Source: Raillietiella orientalis
Taxonomy: Eukaryota
Direction: 5' to 3'
NCBI GenBank assembly: GCA_036172245.1
Contig: JAYWIR010000021.1
Location: forward strand, 2,542,001 to 2,606,000
Length of the DNA stretch: 64,000 bases
A program made the position numbers and the translations under genes. Under the pieces are notes generated by a model. The model was not told the DNA's origin and made no database searches. It saw only the letters and a list, made by a program, of their open reading frames with translations. Shown piece by piece: positions 36,201-48,399 of the stretch (position 1 is its first letter; the number at the start of each line of letters is the position of its first letter).

Positions 36201-37082
36201 ATTCCGTGGATAGCCTTGCACACGGCCAATATTATTGCCAAGGAGGGCAGCTGAGGCGTAATTATTGCTAGTTGAAAACTTTATCCTGTGGATCTGTGGA
36301 GGAACCTCGCCGCTGCTGTAAATGGGAATGCTCGAGCCCGCAAACGTCAACGAATCCGCGAAAGCAATCCGAAGAGATCTCCATGAAGAGCGTCGGCTCA
36401 GCTTCCCCGAGCTTCTCTGGAATAGGTCAGCTAGGAGATTAGACAGAGATCTGTTCGAGGTCGCTGGAGAGCCAAGCAACAGCCGAAGATCCATCGACCC
36501 GATGGACATTAGAGATCAACATCCCCATAGCCTTCATGAGAAGACATCATGCTGTCTTAAAGAGCAAGGGAAAGGGTGGGTCTCTCTTTTGCTTCTGCGT
36601 TTACGAAAGATGTCCGCTGAGGAGTTGAATGGCCCGGTGTGAGTGGGGAAAGATCAGGTGTTGAGGTCTTAAGCGATCAGAAAATCCTGAAAGAAAAACA
36701 TTCAGGTTTTATAGAGTATCTCTCCCCGTGATGAGTCTGATGAGAGAGTGCCAATTTCCGGATCCAACAGAGTCTCAGGCGGGGCTCAAGAAGCGTCTTT
36801 TTTCCCCTCTGGCTACGGGAAACGTTGACAGTCTCGATGCCTTGAACCTGCCAACAGCAACTGCTCAATTGCAAACCCCCTCTGCCTAGAAATCATCCTT
36901 CTAATCTTCCATGCAGGAGCCGTTGGGATCTGCCCATGCCTGATGTTTTTCTCTTTGCAGACGAATCTCCCGCAGCTATGCAGCAAGAGTCGCTTGGCGC
37001 CTATGGAGCCGTCAAATCAAAGATGGTGCTTCATGCAACCCTGATGACGGGCCTCGTAGCACGCAGACTCCTGCAGCTGTGA
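12153..37082 (+). CDS. dpr: Dpr-family (defective proboscis extension response / ZIG-8-like) two-Ig-domain cell-surface protein, ~306 aa, 6 exons
   Basis: Hand-spliced exons 12153-12207 (candidate), 19408-19622, 21556-21772, 30809-30983, 34677-34813, 36961-37082 all have GT-AG boundaries with compatible phases (921 nt). Ig1: GRNASLVC..DRTVSW..RLLTVG..WTLNI..DEGFYECQ. Ig2: GSTIEMTC..VFWKQNG..RGGIS..DSGQYVC. The Dpr-typical PAAMQ motif follows, then a hydrophobic, GPI-like C-terminus. Confidence 0.85.
13600..14520 (-). mobile_element. Possible hAT transposase remnant in Dpr intron 1
   Basis: LISHSNSSLRRLRCFFSRKLRPLRASR..QKERSS resembles the hAT C-terminal pattern (sna..ER.FS.l..lkt..R...eRL). 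Confidence 0.3.
15700..17350 (-). mobile_element. Degenerate CR1/L2-like non-LTR retrotransposon RT and 3' end
   Basis: Colinear motifs: LPRAFDNP (KAFD), WLDEQIS..CPW..PLGPL (GVPQG.LGP region), LQQTL..PLNNQQS, LPILLEHLLYCS..P (P.LEY.S..W.P), FKTERSFVP (3' tail). Confidence 0.6.
19408..19622 (+). CDS. Dpr-like gene exon 2 (N-terminal part of Ig1)
   Basis: Pyrimidine tract TTTTTCCGATCTTTCCAG acceptor; encodes ..EVAILPGRNASLVCAFVTAADRT; donor ACG|GTACGC joins in phase 0 to VSW of the next exon. Confidence 0.85.
21556..21772 (+). CDS. Dpr-like gene exon 3 (Ig1 core)
   Basis: VSWFLRQGDAVRLLTVGKQNYNREKNISVNASPDEQVWTLNIQTVGKDDEGFYECQSSEQPTTMQRVFLKVF; donor G|GTAGGT. Confidence 0.92.
25290..25440 (+). 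repeat. Degenerate interstitial (TTAGG)n telomere-like array
   Basis: About 150 nt of pentamer variants (TTAGG, TTAGT, TCAGG, GTAGG) including a perfect TTAGGTTAGGTTAGGTTAG at 25402-25420. Confidence 0.75.
27265..30160 (-). repeat. Decayed cluster of ~4 copies of a 500-600 bp SINE-like unit (tRNA-like head, LINE-like tail)
   Basis: AATCCAGGAAGGACTCGGAGTCCGTTCCT is identical at ~27297 and ~28641. GAAGAGAA..GGA(C/T)GCTT-like blocks recur at ~27525, ~28855, ~29250. CCAGCGTCATCTTG.GGGG blocks occur at ~27816 and ~29538, with related B-box-like motifs at ~30030 and 30097. Confidence 0.65.
30091..30159 (-). pseudogene. tRNA-like Pol III head (tRNA pseudogene or SINE head)
   Basis: Minus strand has an A-box-like TAGCAACAAGG and a perfect T-arm GCGGG-TTCGAAT-CCCGC; no acceptor stem pairing. 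The 16-mer CGTCGCGGGTTCGAAT recurs on + at 35743-35758. Confidence 0.6.
30809..30983 (+). CDS. Dpr-like gene exon 4 (Ig2 N-terminal half)
   Basis: TCTTTCTCAG acceptor; PEMKMVDEKGQGLTEKHYRSGSTIEMTCLVRRVPPGSRVFWKQNGRVLNDDHRRGGI; donor AG|GTAAGC. Confidence 0.92.
32985..33400 (+). mobile_element. LINE 3'-end remnant
   Basis: DVTPPLREERRRTLRR..SVQVRCADHNYWNVP resembles the LINE RT C-terminus (svT.ml..L...L..RR .. WN.LP). Confidence 0.35.
34677..34813 (+). CDS. Dpr-like gene exon 5 (Ig2 C-terminal half)
   Basis: CTGTGTCCCCAG acceptor; IRTDVRGDEIRSLLHLANARSSDSGQYVCSLSGNLESRAVVYILD; donor G|GTGAGT. Confidence 0.92.
36961..37082 (+). CDS. Dpr-like gene last exon (PAAMQ motif plus hydrophobic tail)
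   Basis: TTTTTCTCTTTGCAG acceptor; ESPAAMQQESLGAYGAVKSKMVLHATLMTGLVARRLLQL-stop (TGA 37080-37082). Confidence 0.85.
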
Positions 37083-38429
37083 AGATGCTGCAGTCCTTCA
37101 ATATTCTGCCTGCACTTTTTCTTTCGGGACGGCAGAGTCGGCAGTGTGTGCTTTGAGGTCGGTTTTCTCCCCTATAAACAATAGACGGATGCTAAGCGCA
37201 TGCGTAGATGCTCTGCAGCAACTCTTTTGCTGACAGCAGGGCAAAGAAACCCACGCCGCTCTCGGTTCGAATTTTTTTTTTTTTTTCCCCCTCCGCTCCT
37301 ACGAGCGAGGAACAGTTTTCGTATCGAGATGAGGGCGTCTTCTCGCGGTCATTGAATTTCTGTGGCTACAACCAATCCTCCAGGAGTATGATAACTTGAT
37401 TCCCGCATTCCTCTGTGCGACGCAAGCTGGTGAAGTAGTATATGTGCTCTCGGAGTATTCAAATAAACCTGAAAAGTGCTCAGATGTCACTTTAGTGACT
37501 TCAGGGGTGGGTATGCGGGCTCACTCTCCGAAATTCTTATTCCGGCACATCCTAGCAGCAGCAGGATTTCCACTGTACCATCGCAAAGTGGAAATCCCAC
37601 AGCAACGCATTTACCGAGGCAAGATGATGATCTTTAAGATATTTCCTTCCCAGCTTCTGGAAGTGACTCTTTTTGGGCTCTTGTGGACGGTTCTTTGTCT
37701 GTTTTCACAAGCAGATGCTCTTATTTACGTGTGCCTTGTGGCATGTGGAATAGCCATAGCTGTACTTTCCAGTCTCTCGCTCAGAACTCGAAAACGTCTC
37801 CGCGGGTCTTTGTTCCAAGTCACTTGGGAAGAATCAGTGCCAGCGGATACGTTCCCTGGAAAACGGAACTGCACCGGCTTCCCACCACTGACACTTTCCA
37901 AATGCTCCAAGTCTCACTCTTGAAACTTCATCTTGTTCGCAACCATCCGAAAGGAACTCCTGCTCTCTCTCGCGTGCACGCTTGTGTGGCAGGAGATCCA
38001 CAGTCTGCGTTGTCCATGTAAATCCTTCCCCCCCTCCCCTTGCGGGCTGTACGTTCCACGTACGGAGGCTGAGGAGCCCGCTGCACCGCGGGGTGATGCT
38101 TCTTTTCGCCACTTGTCCAGCATCAAATCCAACGATTTTGCGCCCCTTCCCTGGTTTTCAATCAAGCCGTGCACCGGAATACAATCGTGGGGACGGAAGC
38201 TGGAAGCACCGATCATTTCGATGGATAGGGCTGATCACAGAGTCCTGATCCACATTTGCGGGAGATCTGGACCATCCAGACCACTTTCTGATGGCAGTTC
38301 ATTCCATGAATAGGTAGAAGGGGAGTTTCGCATCGAAGGTAGTGTGGACTTTTCGCCAGTGTGCGGTTTGGCAGCTGTCGAGGAATCACTGTCTGCTTGC
38401 TCGAAGAAGAAAGGTAGGAAGAATAAGAC

Positions 38430-39150
38430 ATCAAAAGTGTGCGGATTCTTTCCTGTTAGGGATCTGGATTTTCGTCATCTCTGCAACTACATTTGGATTT
38501 TCCATCCAAGACAGATTCCGGATTGCGAAAAGAAAATCCTGCAAAGCTACTCTTGCACGTAAGGCAGGATCCACCAAACAGTATACACCTTGCCTCATTG
38601 CGTCCAACATTGCGCCCCTTCGGGATTCGGATGGTAAGTGCGGCTGCATGCTCCACTGGAAGAGATGTCGATGGCGTGCACCGTCTGCCACTCGCAGTTC
38701 GTCGGCAGTCTGTCTGTCTGTTCCCCGAACAATTTCCTTCTCCTCGACGGTGAATGGAAGACACTTGAGGAAAGTGTACCTTTCCAGAAGAGCGAGTCTG
38801 CTGCCAACATGATTTTCCGATGATTGGGCTGCAGCCTGCTGCATACTGACGCGCTGCAAGAGCGGGGGCCTTTTTTTTTGTTGTTGTTTTTCGTGCGCTT
38901 AAACCCTTTCCAAAGTAGGCACAACCTGGTGAATTCAACGCGACTCCTTGGCCTTCTCGGTGATCGTCAGTTCTCTCAGTCGGAAGATGCTTGCGGGTGC
39001 CGACTTCAAGCAACACATTTTTTCCTCCCTTAGAAAAGAAAGATGAAACATCCGAAGTGCCATCGATAAAATCAGAGAGGTTCTGCCCCTTATTGTGGCC
39101 GATGCTGAACCCACAGCAGTAGGCAGCGTGTTGAATGTTAGACATTTCAA
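38430..39150 (-). mobile_element. Possible hAT transposase core remnant
   Basis: FIDGTSDVS (~first catalytic D, DEttD.s) and REGQG..NSPG (~gqgyDGA..m.G) appear in hAT order in ORF 38456-39145. Confidence 0.3.
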
Positions 39151-42100
39151 GTCAGATCCTTCTGCAACAGGGATTCTGAACATAGGACGACCTCGATCGT
39201 CGGCCGGCTCTATTGGGTATTGGGTGGGGCTGCAAGGTGCTCTGAATTTTGCGAAATTTCCAGCCAGTTGATGCGCTGCGTAGCAAACCGAAAACTCACC
39301 ATGCCTTTGGTCGTCTCCAGTGCTCTCCGGTACTTCGTGCGTCCTCCGTTCCCACCAAAAAGTACCTTTAACAGCTGACCTCGGATGGAAGAAAAGTCCT
39401 TAAGCCAAATCGGTGCATCGTCAAGGCTCCAATTCGCTTTTTTTCCTGGTATCCCGCCAGCACGTAAGAAGACGGTGCGACTCCCCAGATCTCATCCCGC
39501 AAGGAGGAGATAGGCAAGTCACAGACAGTGCGATAAGCTCCTCCACACCCTTCTCTGGAGCTTTCCCTCCGAGAACTCTTCCCCTTCAGAGATACAGAAG
39601 TGTTCGCGACGTCCGGATCAAAACCAGCTGCGCCAGTCACGCGGGTCGTTTTCCCCTTCCGCCTCTTAGCCGCATCTCAGGAATCAGAAATGAGGGATTC
39701 CTTGAACAAAAATGGCGACCCGGGGAAATCGATGTGCTGGTGCCTCGTTCGCCTTTTTTACGGTTCCATCGAGGATATGAAAAGACAGCTTACACGTGCG
39801 TGCCCGCAGCACACGCATTTCTCCGATGCAGATTCCGAGAATTCCAGAGGAAAGTGCTTCGTGGCTCAGGCTACTGTTGCACGAGCAGAGGACAGATACG
39901 CAAGTCACTTGTGCAGCTGTGATGCTCCTGAATCCATCATTTCAATGACTTCACGTTCTTGGGTCGAGAATGCTCCCCGGAAGCAGCCTTGCGTATATCG
40001 CTCAAAAATTCCGGAGAATCACTAAGAGAACATAAGGCAAATGGGGGCAAACTTGAATGAGTGACGGCTAGTCCGAAAGACGCATGCGCACAAGCAGGTG
40101 GAATAAACTTTCTACAGACAGCGTATCTCAAGTTGTAAAAAAAAAATCGCTTTGTTACTTACTCTTTCTATGCATCCTCCTCCCTTGACGTGACGTTTCT
40201 GGAAAAAACTTTTCTGTCATCTCCCAAACAGAAAAGTGGATTGTCCTCTAAGGATTCGGCAGCAGCAGTCTGGTGGTTGTTGAAAAGAAACTTCCGTTAT
40301 CTTAACGGTGAACTCGCGTCATGCTACGGGATTCGGAAAACTAGAAAATCCTACGAGCTTCCCCATCATACCAGAATCGGACCCTGCTCCGAACATTCGA
40401 GATGCCGCCTCTCTGCCATGCAAAGGAACCGCTTTCTGAGGGTCAAAGAGCTGAGGATTCCATCGTCTACTGTTTCGGAGACCTCTCTAAACCGCTTGTC
40501 GTGGCAACGGATCTTCCCGGAAGCCAGGGTCAGGAGTAGCAAGTAACCTTTGATTTAAGATTCGAATCAGAAATTCTATGGACCATCGCAGCTAAGTGAT
40601 ACTGGAAAGAAAAAAAATTTCTCTATGGCTTGATTCGTTTGTTTCAATGACAGGAAAGTATTCCTCTCTAAACGAATCGCTATCTTCAGTCTCCTCTGCG
40701 AAAGAGGGGTCTTCATTTTTTTGTAGAGGAACTGGAAAGCAAATTCTCCACTTTTGCAGGTGCCAATAAAAGTGAAGCTCGTATAAGCATTTGGGTAAGA
40801 ATGCGATGAAAACGAGATAGACCAAGGGAGTCGAGAGAGATCTTGATCTCCTCATAGTGTTATGTGCATTAGCATAGTGTCCTGTAGCTTAGAGGACCTC
40901 GAACTATCAAACCACGTTAAGTAAATGAACTTTTGACTTGTCTCCATGAGTCTGCTAGGACCATGATAGCTCAGTCTCTTCCCTCGCACGGATGAGAGTG
41001 TGCATTGAATCTTCCAGACTCAGGACCAGCTGCTAACCGCGCAAGCACGGTATTATTTTATTTTTTTCTGTCGATCTCATCCGAATTCTTGACAGGAGAA
41101 TTCTCTCTTGCTTTCTTGGCGCCCGTAGGTGTCAAGAAGGCACAAAACACTGAATTGTTCAAATGCAGAGTTTCATTGGGCTAGCCAGCTCCTGTGTATA
41201 CCCCATTTTTCTCTTTCAACGTTTATTGGTTTCCTCACTGTAAGAAGTGCGAAGTCTGACGAATGTGTTCTGAGGCTCCACTGGACCAAGGATAGTCTTC
41301 CTTGAGAACTGCACTGCAGAAGACGACTGGAGGACGACACTTTGTGGCAGAAACCTTCCGTTACTTTGGATGTAATGGTGAAGCCTATTGGTTTGCTTTA
41401 GGAATCGCAGGTTCGTTCATTAAGGAAAAGTAGATGAATGAGTGATGTATTAGTTTAGTTATTACCTCGAGGTCTGGGTTCGTTTACGGATGCCTCAAGG
41501 AGAGTATTCGACCGATTTCTCACCGACTCTTCAGCATAAGAGCTCGAGATAACCTTCATCCTGCGTTGTAGACGAGAGTTTCCGAGAGAAGAGAGTTCCT
41601 TCGTACGGAAGCTAACGACAATCTCGAATTTTTGCCGTCTCTAGGAAAAAAATTATTATCTTCTGTAGCCGCATTTGGAAGTGCCCTGATTCCCGGTCCA
41701 AGTCTCGGGATACACTGTAGCAAGCGAATTTGAACCACCTCGTTCTATGGCACTTTTCCTACCATATTTCCTTATGAAAATTGATGTGACCTCTTGGCAG
41801 TGCGATGCCATTACTCTCCATTCTGTACACTGTCCGCGTTTCCGAGACTTTGCTTTTGGTATCCCCAGAAATTGGTCGATATGAATAGAGAATTTTTTTC
41901 TTGGGTGGGGCGCGTCTTGAAATAACTCGTTATCGTTTCAAAAACTGGTCTATCCATGATTTTCTTGCTGGTGCAGAAAGACCGACGTGACTTTCTCTTT
42001 TTGAAAATCAGGCCTTTCGTACCCCCTCCTCACTGAAATTCATTTACTTTTTATCGGATCAACTACCCCAGACTGGAGAATCCAATCCTAGATCTAACGA

Positions 42101-43169
42101 AACCTTCCGAGTTCGAGTCATATTCTGCGTCACCAGCTTAGGAGGTCTTGCTATAAGATAACTCCCTGAAGCATTCAAAGATATCATTGTTCATTTCTAT
42201 TCACAAGAGCAGTAACCCCCTTAGTTTTTTCCAACTGATTACACATGCTTCTGATCGGGGGTACCGCTTTGGAGTTGCTCTGAGCGAACGGAAGGACCCA
42301 TACGAAGTGTTTGGGATTAGTGATCAGAAAGATGATTTCTCGCTGAATAATTCAAATCTTTCAGATTTTGAGAGCATGATATAGGGGAAACGCTACAAGA
42401 AAAACCCTTTTTATTGATTTATGGAAACTTGGAGATTTCCTCACTGAAATTCATTGGATCACATCAGCTATTGAGCACAGCATCTGCTCCTCTTGAGCTT
42501 GCATGAATTAGTAGGGTGAATGGTTATGCAGTTTGTTCTTAAGGAACTTTTGATAAGCTGCCTAGCAATGGGAGGAAGGTCTTCAGTCCCCCCGAAAACT
42601 GGAACTTGTTTGCTTGAGCAAAAGGCACAAAAATAAAAGGGCGAAAGAACAAGTAACTCTTCGAAACAAAGTTGCAACTTTCTCCAAGCTACCTCTGGAG
42701 AGTTCACCCTCCTCTATACCGCCCTGCTAGTTTGAAGACCTCATGAAAAGGTAACTTCAGAGGTAAAAAGTTCAAAAGATGAAGCAATAGAGGGTGACAC
42801 TGCTACCCTTAGCGTAGCGTTTGCTATAACAGCATTGCATGGGAGTTAGCTGGGAATGAAGTGTCAAAGATCGCAATCGTCCGTATATGGGCACGAAACT
42901 TGCATATCCAATTGACACCTGTAGTCTCTATGAGGCGGTGACAAGAGGTCGAACCATCAGAGGGTATCAGAAAGATCGAAAACTGTGGAAGCCGTTTTCG
43001 AAGAATGCAGATAACATTGTCTGCAGAGACAGAAGTCTACCTTCCTTTAAAAAATCAACAAAAACTTGATGAACCCGTTCTTAAACCGAAGAAAAAGTGA
43101 GAAGTGGACTACAAAGAACAAACAGTAAATGTTGCCTCATATGCTCTTTCTTTCTTAGGCAGAGATCTT

Positions 43170-43545
43170 CACGGATAGATGAAAGTTTCCTCGTTCCTAA
43201 ACCTCCTTTCACGAATTCTTTTCTGGATTTTCATGAATGCAGGGAAAAGAAAGAGGTACGATAGGCCCGATTCGGGCTGTTTTGCAACGGCTTTCGTCGC
43301 CCACGAATCGATGTGCGGTCTTGCATTGCCGTACAGTACAAGAATACCTTGCATTCCCTCTTCGATACCACGGATGCCCAGCTGTCGCGACCTTCTATTG
43401 TAATTGAACTCCTCAGGGAACTTCCATACCAACAAAAGTACCAGCACGCTGCACATGGCCAGGTATCCATGCTGAAGACTGGAGACTGCAGTGTGGCTTG
43501 TCATCCAAATTGGTTTATCCCTACCCTTTCTGACTGGTTCCACGC
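43170..43545 (-). mobile_element. Degenerate mariner/Tc1 transposase fragment
   Basis: GILVLYGNARPHIDSWAT matches the mariner pattern gvlllhDNARPH.a..t, with the catalytic D replaced by G. Confidence 0.55.
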
Positions 43546-44549
43546 CCGCTCCCTCTTCAGCCTTTGGGGACTACATGGCAGCTTCTTTTGTCTCTACAAG
43601 GAGCGCTTTCAGACGTCATCTTTGGCTCGGACTTCTACCCATGACATCTATAAAAACGATTTGGAGCTAAATATCCGAAGGAAAGGTCTTTGGCAAACGA
43701 AGCACTCCCAAAATGGTCAGCCATTATTTCTGATAACGCTGAGTCTTGCGCAGAATGCGCGAGTGATCTGCTTGACTTCGAGAAAAGAGCACGCAATATG
43801 AAGCAGAGGACCCCTCCCGCACCTCTTCTACACGGTTGAGTATTGGAACATCTGGTTCTATGCGTTCTGGAGAAAAGAGCGATGAAGTGTGTGTGCTGCT
43901 ATAGTAGGAAGCGTCCTTGTGTATGTTCGATTGCACGCCATGAGATCTCTGAAAGATTTGCCCCCCAGTGCTCATCAGGAAAGGCCATTGGGACTCTACC
44001 GCTTTCTAAGGTGTGGCGTGAAACCCACATGACAGACGCCACATCGTGTGGGCACCTCGCGCGGAGGTTCGTGCTGTTTGGTTAATCTGAACCCCCCGTG
44101 ATCTGGGATGAAAGCTCATTTCTGGTAAGTCCACGTCTTGGGTGTCTTTTTTCTTCGAGGTGACCCTGGTTGGATCCCTGCCACAGAACAGTAGTCTCCG
44201 AGGTGCTTACGCGGCTCCGCGAAAGACGGGGGAGAGCTAGAGGAGATTTGGTGTTTAGAGAGCAGGATTTGAAAATGATCATGAGCTGACCGGAAGTTGC
44301 AAAAGCAGGCAACTACACAGATTCCTCTGCTAGCTGTTCTGATCATCACAACGTCGGAGCGCGCCCTCCACTTTCCACTTTCTCATTTTTTAAGATTTTT
44401 CCAGCTCAAGAAAGAACGAACATCAGACGGTCAGTTTAGTCACAAATTGAATCCAAGTAGGCCACGGCACGACTTTGACGAAGTCTTTGAGGAAGACATC
44501 AAAGGTTTTTTTCCTACTTTCTGTGCTGCTCTCACAAGCTGCTTCCTGT

Positions 44550-45950
44550 AAAGGCACCTCATGAAAGCCTGCTCTCTACTCCAGGAACGAGATGAAACAG
44601 CTCTGTGGCCACCCTACAGAAAAGGGAGAGGCACAGAAAGCTTTGTCGGAAGGTCTCGTCATGCTAGAGTACAACAACCGTGTGGTATCTGGAGAGGAAG
44701 GGGCGAAGAGAGCCGCACATGGACGACATGCCTGGAAGACGGGAAAGCTGGACTTGCCATTCACAGAAAAAGTGAGCTCATTAGAGCTCGGAACATATAG
44801 GATCGTCTCTGCAGCCTCCGCGCATCAATGGACCACAGAGAGTTGCATGGAGCGTCCATGGTGCGTTTGTCAGCCTGGACACTAAAGAAGGGTCAAAGGG
44901 TCCTCAGCTTTTGCTGGGCAGAGGATTTCCAAAGGACCTTAAAAAAGACCTCCTGGAGAATGAAATCTTCAGGACCACGCGAGGAGGAAGAGAAGGCACT
45001 CCTGAACTGGGAAGGGACGCAACCCCGTCGGCTTACTGCTCACTCCTGGAACTTCTCGCTGACACAGGAAGTGTCCTTTCAGAGAACTGCATGGTGCTTT
45101 CTGGGTTTCACCAGGGGGAGAAGAATACAGGACCATTAAACGAAGCGGAGAAGATGGAAATCTCTCAGAGAACCAGGAACCAGAATTGCTGTTACAAGGT
45201 TAAGACGAGGCAGCCTTAGGAAGAATCAGTCGGAATTCAAATCGCCACCTCCTTTCCATTTGGACCGCATACCAGATGGTCCCGGGTCTTCCTGAGATGT
45301 CTTCGAGATCGACTTCCCCGCCCACGGAGCACGAATTCGAGGAGAGGTCCCAATGATATCTCGTCCACCTTCTCGCCGTTGCTTCTGGGACGACGACGGA
45401 CCAGCCAGTCGCGAGGAAGACTCGACGACAACCACTCCTCCTTTCCTTTCAGGAGTTTCCCTTGGAAACCTGGGTCTTTCCCTAAAGAGGAGTCTGACCT
45501 GCGTCCACCAGCTTCAAGACCGCCTTCTCTTTTCATCGACTCGGAGGAACAGGCTTAAGGGTTGCTCTATTCGAGCGGGGGTGGCGTTGCGGGCTCTCCG
45601 ACCCTCTGACCTTCTATCCCGCATGGGGTTGACGATCTGCTATATCCCTCCGAAACGCCCTCTCCCCGAGGAGTCCAAACAAGAATCCAGCGAGATCCCA
45701 CGCTCCGCCCAAGAGCGTCTTCGGCGAAACCTCGAAAAGGGCATCTATCCAGCAAATGAAGGTCGCTCTTCTTGGAATGAAGATTTCCATTTGCTGCTCC
45801 CCTCGGGAACCCTCCCAGAAAAGGAGGAAGCCCTCTCCGAGTTCGAGTCTGGGCTTTCTATGCTGGGTTCTGAGGGACCCTCGCGTGGATTATCGGAGCA
45901 CCCCAGGAGAGAACGAGAATCCGGAAGGCATTGATTCCAGAGAAAGATGC
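44550..45950 (+). mobile_element. Degenerate non-LTR retrotransposon RT remnant
   Basis: Colinear: AWKTGKL..LGTYRIVS (Wk.a.v.pi.K..nYRpIs), LLENEIF, SIRAGVA..PSDLLS (GVPQG region), QERLRRNLE (LQ..ld). Confidence 0.5.
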
Positions 45951-48399
45951 CACATATTTTCTGTTTACAGATGAGCGGTCTCCAGACAAATAATCGCGCA
46001 TCCTGGAATGACATCCGTGTATTTCCCGTTATCCCGTCTCCCGTGAGCTCCCGGAAGGGACTCATCCCATAAATCCCTCAAGGGTTCTCCGGTTTCCGCA
46101 AACTTTTGAACAAAGGAAGGAGGCATTGGAAGGACTTGGTGGTTGCAAAAAATGTTTAAAATGGGGAAGTGGCCAGGGAAGATGGAGAAATAACAAGGTG
46201 TAGGGCTGAAAAAAATCAAATTTCAAGTTCTGTCACATCGTCTCTTACTTTTCTCCCTTCGCTCTCATCCCTTTTTCTCCGCAAGGAGGAGTTTCCTTGG
46301 TTGCATGTGTGCTGTGGCAGCTAATGAAAGCAAGGTTCCACGTCCACATGGGCGTGGACTACGACAAGCTTTCTGAGGCTAACGACGTGTCTTTGCGGTT
46401 CCGCATGCAGCAGATGTGCAATCGATGGAAAGCACGGAGGGCCGACCCGACGTCAAACGAACGTTTTCGGCGGGATGAGGAAGGGCGGAAGAGACGAGAC
46501 GAAACGGAAAATCACGAAATCCAATTTTCTAGAAGATGTGACTCTGCAGCAGGATCATGTTTGATGTGCCATTCCCTTTCGTGAGGCTAGAAAACCTTCC
46601 AGAAAGCTGATTCCTGTTCCCCGTACCCGCTCCTTGTCTGCTCGATGACTGCTCGTTCTTTGGAGACTGCTCGGGAGATTTCGCCTGAGGCGCCTGAGGA
46701 TGAGCGTCCGAAAGCAACCGCTCAGGAGTCATCTCACTTGTTGTCGTCGGGATAAGAAAAGGTTCGTCCACTCAAACCAAGTATAGAAAGTTGGATCGGA
46801 TAGAAAGTTTCCACCAGAAATAACTTAGTCTGTGTTTGTTGGGTCAACCGAGTGACTTCCTGCGACTGAATGCTGTACCTGGAACAGTGGCGAAGAGCGA
46901 TGCGAGCAGCTTCTCGGCGCTGGCTCATACGGCAGCACGCAAAATCTTGGGAAGAATCAGATGATAAACATCGCATAGGCGAACTCGAATGAACTTCTTG
47001 ATTACGGAGACTGTAATGCGATGCAGGAAACCTTCCCTTATTATTGCTGAATAATTCAGAAAACACGCCTACCTTCCTAAACACGACTTCCACCTTCTTC
47101 CTTTCTCATCACGCCAGAGCGTTTATTTCATTAAAAAACAAACAAAACAAACAGACGAACGAATCAGGAGCATAGTTCTCAAAGGAAACTACGAGAGATC
47201 ATCGACACTCAGGTCGGTCACCTAGAAAGCCCGGAGCGAATAAATGAAAAAGAGAGAAGGAAGGGACGGCGAGCTTTGCTATTTGGCAGAGCCGACGCGA
47301 AATGCAGGTGAACTCCCTTGGGACTACTTGCAATTAGGACCACCTCGCTGCAGTCCCCACGAAGAGTGACTGCTATGCGGGTGGTTTCCTGGCCCGGCTC
47401 GCCAAACTCAGGCGCATGGATGGCAGTCACCAAGGTGTAGGCTCAATACAACTCCGTTCATCACAACACCGCACGAAAGCCCGCCGCGTGCAAGGATTCG
47501 ACGCGGCACATCCTTGCCGGTGTTCTCCGGGTTCAGCAGGCTGGAGCAAATCTCAGCCACGGACCACTGGAGAGCACCACAGACCCGAGCTGGAACAATT
47601 CGAGGATGTGATCCTCCGGCAGACGAGGCATTGCATCTGCTGGAAGCCCCGGTGAATACAAGAACTACTTCATGCTTCCACTTCAGGGGGAGCACCCAAG
47701 CGTGCAAACACAGGGATGTTGGAGTACAGGTTCTTCGGAGGGCACAACGGAAAGTTCTTCCCACCGAAGAAGTGCTTCGATCCGAGAACGAGTGGAGGAA
47801 GTTACAAGATCACTCGCCTTTCAGTGACCAAGGAGTGTTCTTTCTCCCACAAAAGAGCTCAACGGAATTCCTACCCTTCCAGCAGGGTACTGCCATTACT
47901 TGGCTTTAGATCAAACATCATTGCAGCAAGGAGTGTGGTAGCCACTCAGGACTCATGAAGTAGGACGCCTCCAAATGAATTCAAAAAATGCTTAAAAATT
48001 ATGCCCTAAGTACACACGGGCGATACTCATACCTCCTCAACACAGCTCCATCGCTTTTTCCTTACTTCTCCGAGCAGCGCGGTAATTTACTCATTGAACA
48101 CTTTAAAGGCAGGCGTAACACAAAAACAAAAAGATGAGCGAGAGATTTCACGTTCCCAGTCGCTTTTATTCTCTTGATATTTCCTTACGGGAAGTGCAAC
48201 TTCTTTCCCGAATCCATCATCTATGAGTCCGTGCATCGATCTGCATGTCAAGAAGTTTTTTCCTCCTCTTTGGTCTCCTCCTACTTGGATTTCCACCTTA
48301 TGTGCCCTTTTAAGGAGCAATGCTACATTCTTGGTAGAATCTGTCCTGTTAGTTCTCTAAGGTGTTTCTGTTTCCTTGCAACCGGTTGCTTCCACGGAT

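Noticed and set aside
37396..37923. 175-aa hydrophobic ORF downstream of the Dpr stop
   Set aside because: Non-ATG start and no recognisable family; it overlaps the likely Dpr 3' UTR (AATAAA at 37462-37467).
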